Origin: a virus
Length of the DNA: 56,357 nucleotides
Virus record (IMG/VR): IMGVR_UViG_3300037419_000959
Location: 1-56,357 of that record
Direction: 5' to 3' (one strand)
The notes beneath the pieces were generated by a model that saw nothing but the letters and a program-made list of their open reading frames with translations, was not told where the DNA came from and did not search any database. Below, piece by piece: positions 1-8,324 of this stretch. Position numbers and translations under genes: made by a program. The number at the start of each line of letters is the position of its first letter. Positions within the stretch are counted from its first letter, which is position 1.

Positions 1-127
1 GCCGCGCTAGGTGCGCCACCAGGGGCAAGGCCGGCCTGCTGTAGAGCCTGTGTGCCTTCGCCGACATTCTTGGCCGTGAGACCGCCCGCATTGAGCACCT
101 GTGCTGCCTGGGCTAGCTGTGCTGCCT
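1..127. repeat. Terminal direct repeat, left copy (identical to 56231..56357)
   Basis: Read directly: gccgcgctaggtgcgccacc...ggctagctgtgctgcct occurs at both window ends, 127 of 127 identical. Confidence 0.97.
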
Positions 128-1652
128 TATTTGCTTCCGCCGTGGCCTGCTGTGCTGTCTCGTCGTCCACGAACCATTCAGGCTCAGCACCAGCACCGCG
201 GACAGCGTCCTTCGTTGCCGTGGTAAGATCGAACGAATTGACAACCTGCTGATTGAACTGTGCCGCAGCAGCAATGATCTGGACGCTTTCCTGGAAAGCC
301 GCGACAACCTGACGGCCTTCGAGCGTGTTCAGCGGGCCTTCGAACTTGAACGTGACATCCGTATCCAACAATTCCTTGGGCGGCGCTGGCAATGCCTTGT
401 TGTTGAGCAGGATCTCGAATGTCAGGTCTAGCATCGGCAGATGATACTGCGCCTCGATCGGGCCGAAGAACGGCAATGCTGCCCGCCGATATTCATCAAG
501 CCGCACGTTGGTTTCAAATGCCGTCATTTCGTGGACTTGTGGCAATGTCAGCTTGTTGAGCAGGAACGATTCAGCGATGAGATTGCGTACGTCCTGTTTC
601 ATCTCCACGCCGACATTCAGCTTTGACTGCGTGTCGAGCAGCATCAGTTTGTCCTGGAGCTTCTGATCATCCTCCAGATCGACATAGGTCAGGCCACCAG
701 CATAAAGATTGACATCGCCACGGAACAGATCGCCCTTTGCCAGCATCGGCGGGTCAACGCCCTTCTCGCCCTGCTCAAGCAGAATGCGAGCGAGCGACTG
801 AAGCATGCGGGCATCAGGAAGACAGTTGATCGTGACCGGGGAGAAGCCGATCGGAACGTTGCTCAGCACCTTCCAGCGCGGGACGAGATAGTTGAAGACC
901 TTCGATGGCGTTTCCTGCAGCACCATCTCGTTTGCACGGTCGAGATAGACGCTGATGTATGGCTTGCCCGAATACCTGCGGCGCTTGACCTTGTCGTCGC
1001 CGTACATGTCGTCGACGCACATCAGGATATGGCGGATTTCGAATTCCTGGTTTGGCGTCTTCTTCGCTGCTGCCTTGATCTTCTGATCGCAATTCGGCCA
1101 ACGACGAGCGATGTTGCGGGCCGTCATCATGATCTTGCGCTGGACATGGTCGATCTGACCATCGGCGTTCGACATCCAGACCACGCTCTTCGGATGCCAT
1201 GCGCGATAGAGCAGCCCATTGCGCAGTGAATTCTCTTCAACCGAGATCACAGGGTTACCGATCGTCACCCAATCATGATCTGCTTCGCTGGTGGCGAGTA
1301 CGAAATTAGCCCGAGGCGCATACATGAAGTTGCGCATGGCTTCTTTCGCCTCATCGAACCATGTCATGTTCGCAGGCTTCTTGTCTTCCTCGTCGTCTCC
1401 AGTCGAGATGTTGAACCAGTCACCTTGCCTCAGCACCGAATGCGGCAGGTTGCCAAGCGTCTCCCGAGCAAGGACCGTGGTCGAATCCATCAGATCCATC
1501 TGGAAGTCATCGCCAGGCGCCAACATGCGGATGAAGTCTGCCCGCATGGGATAGAACAGCTCGCACAGTTCCTGCCTGAGCGTATTCCACGGCTGGAATG
1601 TCGAGAACAGGCCGTCGCCTATCTCGATGAGCCGGCGCTCATTATCGTTCAT
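1..1652 (-). CDS. Portal (head-to-tail connector) protein, T7 type. The ORF runs off the left edge and closes at 56218 through the terminal repeat (554 aa total).
   Basis: Hand translation from ATG 1652 gives MNDNERRLIEIGDGLFSTFQPWNTLRQELCELFYPMRADF..., with no stop down to position 1. It is absent from the ORF track because no in-window stop exists. It continues ..GAPSAAPAQ* via 56230..56218. The FLLNKL..EMTAFE..LPFFGPIE..LP segment and the position after terL fit the T7-type connector family. Confidence 0.8.
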   Translation of the reverse strand, partial: MNDNERRLIEIGDGLFSTFQPWNTLRQELCELFYPMRADFIRMLAPGDDFQMDLMDSTTVLARETLGNLPHSVLRQGDWFNISTGDDEEDKKPANMTWFDEAKEAMRNFMYAPRANFVLATSEADHDWVTIGNPVISVEENSLRNGLLYRAWHPKSVVWMSNADGQIDHVQRKIMMTARNIARRWPNCDQKIKAAAKKTPNQEFEIRHILMCVDDMYGDDKVKRRRYSGKPYISVYLDRANEMVLQETPSKVFNYLVPRWKVLSNVPIGFSPVTINCLPDARMLQSLARILLEQGEKGVDPPMLAKGDLFRGDVNLYAGGLTYVDLEDDQKLQDKLMLLDTQSKLNVGVEMKQDVRNLIAESFLLNKLTLPQVHEMTAFETNVRLDEYRRAALPFFGPIEAQYHLPMLDLTFEILLNNKALPAPPKELLDTDVTFKFEGPLNTLEGRQVVAAFQESVQIIAAAAQFNQQVVNSFDLTTATKDAVRGAGAEPEWFVDDETAQQATAEANKAAQLAQAAQVLNAGGLTAKNVGEGTQALQQAGLAPGGAPSA

Positions 1653-1856
1653 TCAGGAGTCGCCCAGGAATGAATTGCGATAGGCCAACGTACCGCCGCT
1701 GTTGCTCTGGCTTGTGAGGATCGTGCTATCACGTCCGGAACGTCCCAATGCTGCCTGACGAGCGCGATCAGCCGCAGCCTTTACCGCAGGATCATTCTGA
1801 TCGGCCGGCATTGGCGGCGGAGGCGTGACTTTTGGTTTCGAGAACAGACCGCCCAT
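1653..1856 (-). CDS. Hypothetical protein (67 aa) between terminase and portal
   Basis: ORF track (MGGLFSKPKVTPPPP..). It starts 3 nt after the terL stop and its TGA abuts the portal ATG. Pro/Ala/Gly-rich with no known motif. Confidence 0.5.
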   Translation of the reverse strand: MGGLFSKPKVTPPPPMPADQNDPAVKAAADRARQAALGRSGRDSTILTSQSNSGGTLAYRNSFLGDS

Positions 1857-1859
1857 GGA

Positions 1860-3203
1860 TCACCTGCGTTTCTTTAGATTGGCATGGCCCAGGTTGACCT
1901 TGGGCGCGGGGATGAACAAATGCTCTTCGCGTTTCGTCATGGCCGGGAAGAGCGAAGCCAAGCCCCAGATCATTGCGTCACCACGATCAGGCGATTTCGT
2001 GCCAATGAAGCCGGCCGTGGTGAATGCCTCAAGCTGCGCTTCAAGCTCTGGAAAGTGACCAACCAGCGATATCTTCTGCTGTTCGAACAATGCCGCGATA
2101 GGCTCAGCGCGAGCGACCTTGCCGCGTGATGCCTTGACTTCCCGGAATGGAACAGGCGTTTGCGTTATCCTGGCTCTGTCTGCAGCAGCAGAGCGAACGA
2201 TCTCAGCCACCATTGCGCCGCCGAAGTTCGTCTCGGCAACTACTGCATCTGCTTCATGGCGATCAAACGCCGCGACTATCGCCCTGCCCCACATTGCCGG
2301 CGCCATTCTGCCCGACAGATCCTCAAGCACATAGCCGCGACCGTCCTTGCCGAGCCCGCAAACAACTATGCCGATTTCGTCCGATCGCGTGTCTTCCTCG
2401 CCAGCCACGCCAGAAGGATCAACAGCAACAATGATACGAACCATCTCAGGCACTTTGCCATCAAGGATTCGCTGCTGATCGAGGAGTTCGAGCGACCAGA
2501 GCGCGCTTTCCGATGCATCAGTGAATTGCCCGAGAAGAAAACGTCTGCGTTGCGCTTCCGGAAGATTGCGAAGCTCCTCAAGGAATGTCTCGGAAAGGTT
2601 CTCGGTGTTGTCTGCCGGGTTCATCAGCAGCGCGTTGTAATTGCCCGGGTTCGGAATGGCTGTCTTCCGGTCCGGGTCGCGCTTGTTGATGAAGAGTTGA
2701 TATGTCCAGTGCGCCATGCCTGGAGGATTGCAGTCGTAATAGGCCTTGAGGCGAAGCGGAGTGTTCTGCGCGAGGCGCGTCATTGCCATGTTGCGCGAAG
2801 CCCACGGGATCTGTGAGCATTCGTTCAGATAGATGGTAGCGAACTCTTGCCCCAGGATCTTTTCGGTTCGCTCTTTGTCATCCAGGCCACCAAGCCAGAC
2901 TTCCGAGCCGTTCCAGAACTGGATATAATAATCCTGCCTGTCCAGGCGCCACTTGCCAGCAAGCTCAGGGAAGCAAAGCTCCATGACCTTCGGGAAGGTA
3001 TCCATCCCGATCGATTGCTTGATGTGGTTGAACCGATAGCGGAGGATTGCGTGCCGGCTCTTGTGTGCAATCGCCCGCATGACGGTTGCTCGGACAAAGC
3101 CGAATGTCTTGCCTGAACGAGCGCCACCATAAGCCATGATATGCGTAGCAGCACTGCTCGCCATCTCGACTTGAAGCTTCTGGCGCTTGGTCAATTTGAA
3201 CAA
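1860..3203 (-). CDS. terL: Terminase large subunit
   Basis: 447 aa. Walker A YGGARSGKTF and Walker B-like IYLNEC. C-terminal RNaseH-like nuclease motifs IVAVDPSG, AETNFGG and DRGDAMIWG. Apparent TTG start; the first ATG at 3164 would remove the conserved LTKRQ segment. Confidence 0.9.
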   Translation of the reverse strand: MFKLTKRQKLQVEMASSAATHIMAYGGARSGKTFGFVRATVMRAIAHKSRHAILRYRFNHIKQSIGMDTFPKVMELCFPELAGKWRLDRQDYYIQFWNGSEVWLGGLDDKERTEKILGQEFATIYLNECSQIPWASRNMAMTRLAQNTPLRLKAYYDCNPPGMAHWTYQLFINKRDPDRKTAIPNPGNYNALLMNPADNTENLSETFLEELRNLPEAQRRRFLLGQFTDASESALWSLELLDQQRILDGKVPEMVRIIVAVDPSGVAGEEDTRSDEIGIVVCGLGKDGRGYVLEDLSGRMAPAMWGRAIVAAFDRHEADAVVAETNFGGAMVAEIVRSAAADRARITQTPVPFREVKASRGKVARAEPIAALFEQQKISLVGHFPELEAQLEAFTTAGFIGTKSPDRGDAMIWGLASLFPAMTKREEHLFIPAPKVNLGHANLKKRR

Positions 3204-3286
3204 GGAAACAGCCTTTTTCTACCGCGGATTGGTAAAAGCCCGGGGATGAAGGCCATTTTCGAGCAATGAGATGACCGTTTCTCTAC

Positions 3287-3667
3287 TTACAGTAGGCCGG
3301 CGTCGTCAGCCGCGATGTTGATCGTCACTGATCCAGCAACATCAACATCCAGCTTGTCGCCATACTTCTTGGGCCGCAGTTTTCCAGCGAGCCATTTGCG
3401 CGTATCAATACGAATCCTCGCCTGCGCTGCGTCAATCTCAGGATCATCAGCGATTTCAAGGCATTCCTCGACCAGCGCTTCAGTCTGCATTTCCCTCGCG
3501 CGTGCGTATTGGTTTGCAAATGTGTCATTCTCTGCAAGCCACTGAAACACTCGGCCGCGAGAAGGCATTGCTTCATTTTCGCAAATGCGACGAAGGCTTT
3601 CGCCTGAAATAAGCAGTTGGCAGATTTCGTCTGCGATATCCTGCCTGAAATCAAACGGTCTCGGCAT
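3287..3667 (-). CDS. terS: Terminase small subunit
   Basis: 126 aa from ATG 3667; the track start at 3709 would overlap the upstream gene by 59 nt. HTH-like GESLRRICENEAMPSRGRVFQWL, then IDTRKWLAGKLRPKKYGDK, as in phage small terminases. Directly upstream of terL. Confidence 0.75.
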   Translation of the reverse strand: MPRPFDFRQDIADEICQLLISGESLRRICENEAMPSRGRVFQWLAENDTFANQYARAREMQTEALVEECLEIADDPEIDAAQARIRIDTRKWLAGKLRPKKYGDKLDVDVAGSVTINIAADDAGLL

Positions 3668-3947
3668 CAGCAGGCGCTTCTGTCTGTTCGGTCGGCGCAG
3701 GCTCTTCAACCACCTGCTCGACCACAGGCGCGTTGATTGCCGCCATGACAGCCGCAGTGAGATCTAAAACAGCGATGCCTTCGTTTGCTGCATCTGTCTC
3801 GATGATCGAGCGCTGAGATTGCAGGTCGACGATTGCGTTTTCGAGTTCGGCGAGGGCCTTGGATTGCTTCAAGTCCTCGTCGATCTTTGCGTTGAGTTCA
3901 GTCTGGAGCGGGACGAGTTTGTCCACGTAGTCCTGAAGTGTGCTCAT
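3651..3947 (-). CDS. Hypothetical acidic coiled-coil protein (98 aa)
   Basis: Internal ATG (MSTLQDYVDKLVPLQTELNAK..) of the 174-aa track ORF. The longer form would overlap 3979..4449. Confidence 0.5.
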   Translation of the reverse strand: MSTLQDYVDKLVPLQTELNAKIDEDLKQSKALAELENAIVDLQSQRSIIETDAANEGIAVLDLTAAVMAAINAPVVEQVVEEPAPTEQTEAPADAETV

Positions 3948-3978
3948 GTTGGGTTGCCTCTTCCTGAGCGAGCGGTGG

Positions 3979-4449
3979 TTATGCGTTGGTGACGACACCG
4001 CCGCCGATGATGCGACCATTGGGAAGGCGAATGGCGAGATAGCCAGCTTCCGTGCCTGTGTCTGTATATGTGCCAGCCCACGCGCCCGATGTCGTGCTGA
4101 TCGCGCGGAAGAGCTTCTTGGCAATGACAGCCTGGAGCTTGCCAGAGGCGCCGATCGCAACACCAGTCGATCCACCAGTTGCCATGAAGTCGGTCATGGC
4201 GCTGGACAAGAACATGATGATCTCGAAATAGCCGGCCTCATCGAGGTTGTTGCCGTTCGCGTCCTTGAGCTGGATTGTGATCGGGCGAACGTCTGTTGAT
4301 TCAGCACCGACCGTGATGGTCGCATCAGCAATCTTGTTGCCGAGATCGATCTGAGATCCTGAGGCTTTCGAAGCGAGGCCGCCGTAGGCATTGATGCCAA
4401 GTTCACGGCCGAAGATCGATTTGAAGAGAGATTTTGTTTGCGTCGTCAT
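3979..4449 (-). CDS. Hypothetical protein (156 aa), possibly virion-associated
   Basis: ORF track. Gly/Thr/Ala-rich beta-type composition. Lies in the late operon upstream of the terminase genes. Confidence 0.55.
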   Translation of the reverse strand: MTTQTKSLFKSIFGRELGINAYGGLASKASGSQIDLGNKIADATITVGAESTDVRPITIQLKDANGNNLDEAGYFEIIMFLSSAMTDFMATGGSTGVAIGASGKLQAVIAKKLFRAISTTSGAWAGTYTDTGTEAGYLAIRLPNGRIIGGGVVTNA

Positions 4450-4481
4450 TGCTTGTTATCCTTTGCTTGAGACGAGGTTGA

Positions 4482-4754
4482 TCAATAGCCTGCGTACAGG
4501 CCCATGCTTGCAGTCGTGCCTGAGTTGCGGACGATCTTGATCCGATATGGGTAGATCTGCCCAGCATTGAGAAACAGCGTGACATCTGCCGTGTCATCTT
4601 CCATGCGGCAAACGAGCGTGCCTGATGTGCTGCAGACGATCCCTCGGCAGACTGTTGCCAGCGTCACGTCGCTGACGGAATAGTTGATGGCGACAAAACT
4701 AGAAATCCCGCTGAGAGCTTGCACACTCCCGCGGCTGATTGGGTTCGCGACCAT
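4482..4754 (-). CDS. Hypothetical protein (90 aa)
   Basis: ORF track. Co-oriented and tightly spaced in the late operon. Confidence 0.5.
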   Translation of the reverse strand: MVANPISRGSVQALSGISSFVAINYSVSDVTLATVCRGIVCSTSGTLVCRMEDDTADVTLFLNAGQIYPYRIKIVRNSGTTASMGLYAGY

Positions 4755-4771
4755 GTTTGATTATCCTTGGA

Positions 4772-5065
4772 TCATATATGACACGGCTCAAACCCGACGA
4801 TCGGATTGCCGAGGATATGCCACTTGCCTTTATCGTCTCGAATCCATCTCATGATGGTTGTTGATTGGAGACAGGCTGGTTCGATCTTACTCGCTACCGG
4901 AGCCGTCTCTTGTGTAGGGCGGTCTGTGTGGATGGCGGCGTGAGCCGGAAATGCAAAAACCACGAGCAGAGCGTAGAAGACCGCCACGAGGATCACCACC
5001 ACAATGCATGTCGTTGTGGTCGGCGGTGAATTCCACCACGCCTTGATTTTATCGAGGCGATTCAT
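4772..5065 (-). CDS. Hypothetical membrane-anchored protein (97 aa)
   Basis: ATG at 5065 overlaps the upstream stop by 1 nt. N-terminal TM segment TTTCIVVVILVAVFYALLVVFAF is followed by a soluble Cys-containing part. Confidence 0.5.
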   Translation of the reverse strand: MNRLDKIKAWWNSPPTTTTCIVVVILVAVFYALLVVFAFPAHAAIHTDRPTQETAPVASKIEPACLQSTTIMRWIRDDKGKWHILGNPIVGFEPCHI

Positions 5066-5289
5066 CAGCACGTCGCCACGTTCGAAATGAACCTGTCCGT
5101 ATTCCATACCTGCTGCAATGGGTCGATCTTGGGCGTGTACTTCAGCAGATCCGAAGGCCACATGCTCGGAACGTTGGCCGTCCGCTTCCAGTTCACCTTG
5201 CCGATCTTGCAATGACGGACGACGGCGTTCAGCCTGTTTTCAAGGCGGCGGTCGCAGGCGGCTTCGTCTTCAACGATTGTGTAGCTCAT
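5065..5289 (-). CDS. Hypothetical protein (74 aa)
   Basis: Internal ATG (MSYTIVEDEAACDRR..) of track ORF 5065..5307. ATGA overlap with the small upstream ORF. Confidence 0.45.
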   Translation of the reverse strand: MSYTIVEDEAACDRRLENRLNAVVRHCKIGKVNWKRTANVPSMWPSDLLKYTPKIDPLQQVWNTDRFISNVATC

Positions 5290-5393
5290 ATGCGCTCCAT
5301 AAACCACTCGAAGATGTCATCAAGCAGGCGAAACGGAGCGGTCAGGCCGGCCATGAAACCGGCTTTGAATGCTTTCCATTCTTCCGTGGTCAT
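5286..5393 (-). CDS. Small ORF (35 aa), candidate first cistron after the late leader
   Basis: Hand translated (below the 60-aa track cutoff): MTTEEWKAFKAGFMAGLTAPFRLLDDIFEWFMERI. AAGGAAGAGG Shine-Dalgarno just upstream. ATGA overlap with the next gene. Confidence 0.35.
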   Translation of the reverse strand: MTTEEWKAFKAGFMAGLTAPFRLLDDIFEWFMERI

Positions 5394-5737
5394 CGGAGCC
5401 TCTTCCTTGCTTGCCCGGTTTTTCAGCGTCACTGCCTTCGATCTGGCCACGGAGAGCGCTGAATACGATTACCGGAAACGGATTGGCTGGAATGGAATCA
5501 GTGAAGGCCGGGCTTGATACCGGCTGGGTTCGTCGGCGGCTGTCCGATCTCTCGGCTTGTGGCGTCGCCAATCTGCTTGCGCATCTGAGGTCAATCCTCA
5601 GCCCGACCCATGTTTGCCTTACCGCGTTTCCTTTAACGCCGCTTCACTGATCTGTGTTGCCCCTATCCCGTATAGAACGGAGGAGCGAAATAAGCTTGGG
5701 CCGTTTTAATCACGTGACTTTCGTCATCAGCGCTATA

Positions 5738-5785
5738 GTTGCGCGTTGCCCAAGATCGTTGCCCATTCGGGCGAATCTGTTGCCC
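5738..5785. repeat. Cluster of direct heptamer repeats GTTGC(G/C)C, with an outlying copy at 5656..5662
   Basis: GTTGCGC at 5738; GTTGCCC at 5745, 5758 and 5779; GTTGCCC at 5656. All in the same orientation. Confidence 0.6.
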
Positions 5786-5810
5786 CGGGACATTACCGCT
5801 CTTCCCGGGG
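5783..5810 (-). promoter_or_regulatory. 8-bp GC-rich inverted repeat (CCCCGGGA-12 nt-TCCCGGGG) in the late leader
   Basis: Read directly. It overlaps the last GTTGCCC copy. Confidence 0.5.
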
Positions 5811-6169
5811 CGTCACAGAGGCTCGGTGCCGTCCCTATGTTATCGGCGTCAAGATGGGCGATCCGGGCTTGCTTCTCTTCAGCGGCTTGATCAAGTTACC
5901 TCGCGATCGAGACGAACCCCGATCCCTTGGAACCGCTGTATGACTTTGGGAGATGGGCCGTTGCCTCGGTTTACCATCACCGGCCATGAGCCGGGCTATC
6001 CCAAACTCTATCCCGCCGACGAGAAATGCATGAGACGTGACAATCGGAATGTAGTCTCACGCGCATTCGGCAGGCAATATTTCCCCAACGCGATTTTTCA
6101 CGCGTCGATGCATGGCGTGGACGAATCCAACTTACGGCCATGAAAATCACTTGCCCTTTATTAACTGCT

Positions 6170-6799
6170 TCAGGCGACTTTTTCAAGTGTTGCTGACAAG
6201 ATATCCCCATTCAACGGGATGGTAATCTTGCCGGCCATGTCCAGCTTTTCCGTTAGCATCTTCAAGCGCGGATCGTTCTTTGCCTTCTTGCGCAGCACTT
6301 GGCGAGCGAGCTTTGACTTTGCGTCGAAGAACTTCTCTGCATCGGCCTCAGCGGCGCGCAGCATGAGGATTTCTTCCAATAGGATCGGCAGCGGAACGCC
6401 GTTCTGATCTGACACGATGCCTTGAACGCCCCATACGTCTCTCAGTTTGCCGAAGTCGGTAGGGTTCTGGACAAAGACATATCCGACCATCAATGCGAAG
6501 CGACGCACCTTCCACAAGTCAGTGTGACGCCGATCACGAAGCAACCTCTTCTCTGCCGGCATATAGCATTGAAAGCCAGATTGCACCAATGATCTCTCGA
6601 CTGCCGAAACATCATGGTCTATGTTCGTGATGATCCTATAGCCTTTGTGGCTTCTCGTCTTTTCCGCGGCATATTCTCGCCTCGGCTTTTGCGATCCTGG
6701 AATGACTGACACCGCAAACCATGGCGTCACTTCCATAGCTGCCAGTTCGGCCCGCTTCCTCGAAAGCATTTCCTCATAAGTTTCCGCCGTACTTGCCAT
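6170..6799 (-). CDS. NusG/RfaH-like transcription (anti)termination factor (NGN domain with insertion)
   Basis: 209 aa. The pattern WFAVSVIPGSQK..VERSLVQSGFQCYMPAEKR..RRFALMVGYVFVQNP..VWGVQGIV matches the NGN layout (W-hydrophobic strand, helix, Y/F-x-P, GYhFV, GV). No clear KOW motif. Last gene before the late leader. Confidence 0.5.
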   Translation of the reverse strand: MASTAETYEEMLSRKRAELAAMEVTPWFAVSVIPGSQKPRREYAAEKTRSHKGYRIITNIDHDVSAVERSLVQSGFQCYMPAEKRLLRDRRHTDLWKVRRFALMVGYVFVQNPTDFGKLRDVWGVQGIVSDQNGVPLPILLEEILMLRAAEADAEKFFDAKSKLARQVLRKKAKNDPRLKMLTEKLDMAGKITIPLNGDILSATLEKVA

Positions 6800-6876
6800 T
6801 CCGCCCTGTCTCCGTTAGAATCCGCCTTGCTGAAGCGTTGACCCATAGGCTCGGTCTCGGAAGGATCGGGCCTATT

Positions 6877-7077
6877 TCATTCCTCGCTTTCGTCATATGG
6901 CTCGCAGATCCAAGTCCAACGCTGAATCGTGTTGATCTCTGATTTGCGGCCACATCTGGAGCATTCAAGTTCGTCAAGATCGTCGGCATATTTCCACATC
7001 GCGTCATCCGGCGCGTCGAAAACATGGTGGCAATGAGGGCATTCTGGGCCTTTGTCGTTATAGGTTGATGTGCTCAT
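6877..7077 (-). CDS. Small zinc-ribbon protein (66 aa)
   Basis: CPHCHH...CSRCG cysteine pairs. ATG 7077 is preceded by GAGGTGAGG; the track GTG start at 7086 is less likely. Confidence 0.5.
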   Translation of the reverse strand: MSTSTYNDKGPECPHCHHVFDAPDDAMWKYADDLDELECSRCGRKSEINTIQRWTWICEPYDESEE

Positions 7078-7144
7078 CGTCCTCACCTCAATATGCTCAC
7101 GTTCATCGCGTTACCCTCACTAGGCGATAGCCGCGGAAGCGGGC

Positions 7145-7342
7145 CTATTTTGCCTTTGCTGCTTCACCATAATGCTTTTCCCTGTATATGAGCCGGCCTG
7201 TGACTCTAGACCGGATCGTGTTGATTTCGTCGGCGATATCCGCCAATGTCCTCTTCGCTTCGGCTCGGCGCTTGTCGAGTTCGTCCAGTTTGCGACGTTC
7301 CTGGATTTTGAGATGTTTTCTCCAGTTCCATTTGACGGTCAT
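7145..7342 (-). CDS. Hypothetical basic coiled-coil protein (65 aa)
   Basis: Internal ATG (MTVKWNWRKHLK..) forms an ATGA overlap with the upstream stop at 7339. Confidence 0.45.
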   Translation of the reverse strand: MTVKWNWRKHLKIQERRKLDELDKRRAEAKRTLADIADEINTIRSRVTGRLIYREKHYGEAAKAK

Positions 7343-7890
7343 TGATGCTGTTTCTCCCATTGCTGGAAGGCATGGACGCAGCTCGAATGATCCTTGCAAA
7401 GGAATGCGCCGATGCGAGGAAATGAGATGTCGGGCCTTATTTGCCGGATGCGAACGATGATTTCCCGGCGAGCCATCACAATTTTGCTCGATCTGGCCGG
7501 CGACCGAATTTCATCAAGCGTCACGCCTGGATATTTGTCCATGACAGCATTGGCGATTGCCTCCATGCTAGGCCGACTGTTTTCGTCAGGCTTAGGCGCG
7601 AGTATCTGCACCTCATCGTCGAACGTCTTGGAGATTTCAGCTTTCGTCGAAAAGCCTGTCAGGGACTCCCTAAGCCGCTTCATTTCCAAAGCGCGCTTTC
7701 TTGCATTCCTCGCCGCCTCTAGCCTCGCCTCAATTTCGGCGATGCGGTCTGCCTCCCGGCGTCTGCGCTGCTCCTTCTCGCGCTCTATGGCGTGCTGGTC
7801 AGCGATCAGATTGGTTATTGCAGGCTGACCCCATAGGCGCGCCTTCACCTCAGCGTACGCTTTACTTTGCCGCTGTTGTTCTTCAGTCAT
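7339..7890 (-). CDS. DnaA domain IV-like DNA-binding protein
   Basis: 183 aa from ATG 7890 (ATGA overlap). The C-terminus GVTLDEIRSPARSSKIVMARREIIVRIRQIRPDISFPRIGAFLCKDHSSCVHAFQQWEK follows the DnaA C-terminal HTH pattern (R..i..aR..a.y......S...IG....rDHs.V.ha). Confidence 0.65.
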   Translation of the reverse strand: MTEEQQRQSKAYAEVKARLWGQPAITNLIADQHAIEREKEQRRRREADRIAEIEARLEAARNARKRALEMKRLRESLTGFSTKAEISKTFDDEVQILAPKPDENSRPSMEAIANAVMDKYPGVTLDEIRSPARSSKIVMARREIIVRIRQIRPDISFPRIGAFLCKDHSSCVHAFQQWEKQHQ

Positions 7891-8324
7891 GGCTTCCATC
7901 CCCAAGACTCAAGCGTCTTCTGCGCCTCTCTGTCTCCCGCTAGAGCGCGCTTGAGCGTTCGCAGAAGCCCAAGCATCTTTGCGCGGTGCTCTTCGTCGTG
8001 GGCGGGTAGATCTGGCTTAGGCAATTGGCGTTCGCGCCGGCTTGCGAGGATGCGTGTCTGTTCGGCGCGGACGTAGCTAGCTAGTTCGGGAGCCTTGGGG
8101 CAGAAGTTCTTGCTCGCTTCCTCGATCTTGCCAGCGCGGAGTTTGTCAACTGTCGCCCATATCGCCTCATCAGAGAATTCCGAAAGAGCGAAGCAATAGC
8201 TTTCGAGAATATCCCTCTGCCGCTGCGTCGGGTCTTCCGCGCCGTCGTTCGGTGCCCGCACCGGAAGAGACACCCATAGCTTCTGCAGCGCTTTAATGAC
8301 GCTGGGAGACGTGTGTACGTTCAT
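7887..8324 (-). CDS. Hypothetical protein (145 aa)
   Basis: ORF track. GGAG lies upstream of the ATG. Overlaps the upstream gene by 32 nt. Confidence 0.55.
   Translation of the reverse strand: MNVHTSPSVIKALQKLWVSLPVRAPNDGAEDPTQRQRDILESYCFALSEFSDEAIWATVDKLRAGKIEEASKNFCPKAPELASYVRAEQTRILASRRERQLPKPDLPAHDEEHRAKMLGLLRTLKRALAGDREAQKTLESWGWKP

Larger units (their letters stand above)
5394..6169 (-). promoter_or_regulatory. ~0.78-kb untranslated, hairpin-rich leader between the NusG-like gene and the late genes
   Basis: No convincing ORF on either strand; track ORFs here have Arg/Ser/Pro-rich junk composition. Several stem-loops were read by eye: 5585..5601 CTGAGG/CCTCAG, 5783..5810 CCCCGGGA/TCCCGGGG, and others. 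Also contains a GTTGCCC repeat cluster. Confidence 0.55.

Noticed and set aside
1-127. A genuine physical direct terminal repeat marking the genome ends
   Set aside because: The repeat lies inside the portal coding sequence, and the ORF is continuous across the junction. The length equals a common assembler k-mer. It is treated as a circularisation overlap, though only read-level data can settle the question.
5739-6143. 134-aa plus-strand ORF, plus other 60-110-aa ORFs on both strands within the 5.4-6.2 kb gap
   Set aside because: Arg/Pro/Cys-rich composition, no SD sequences, mutually overlapping frames. The region is better explained as a structured untranslated leader. A degraded pseudogene cannot be fully excluded.
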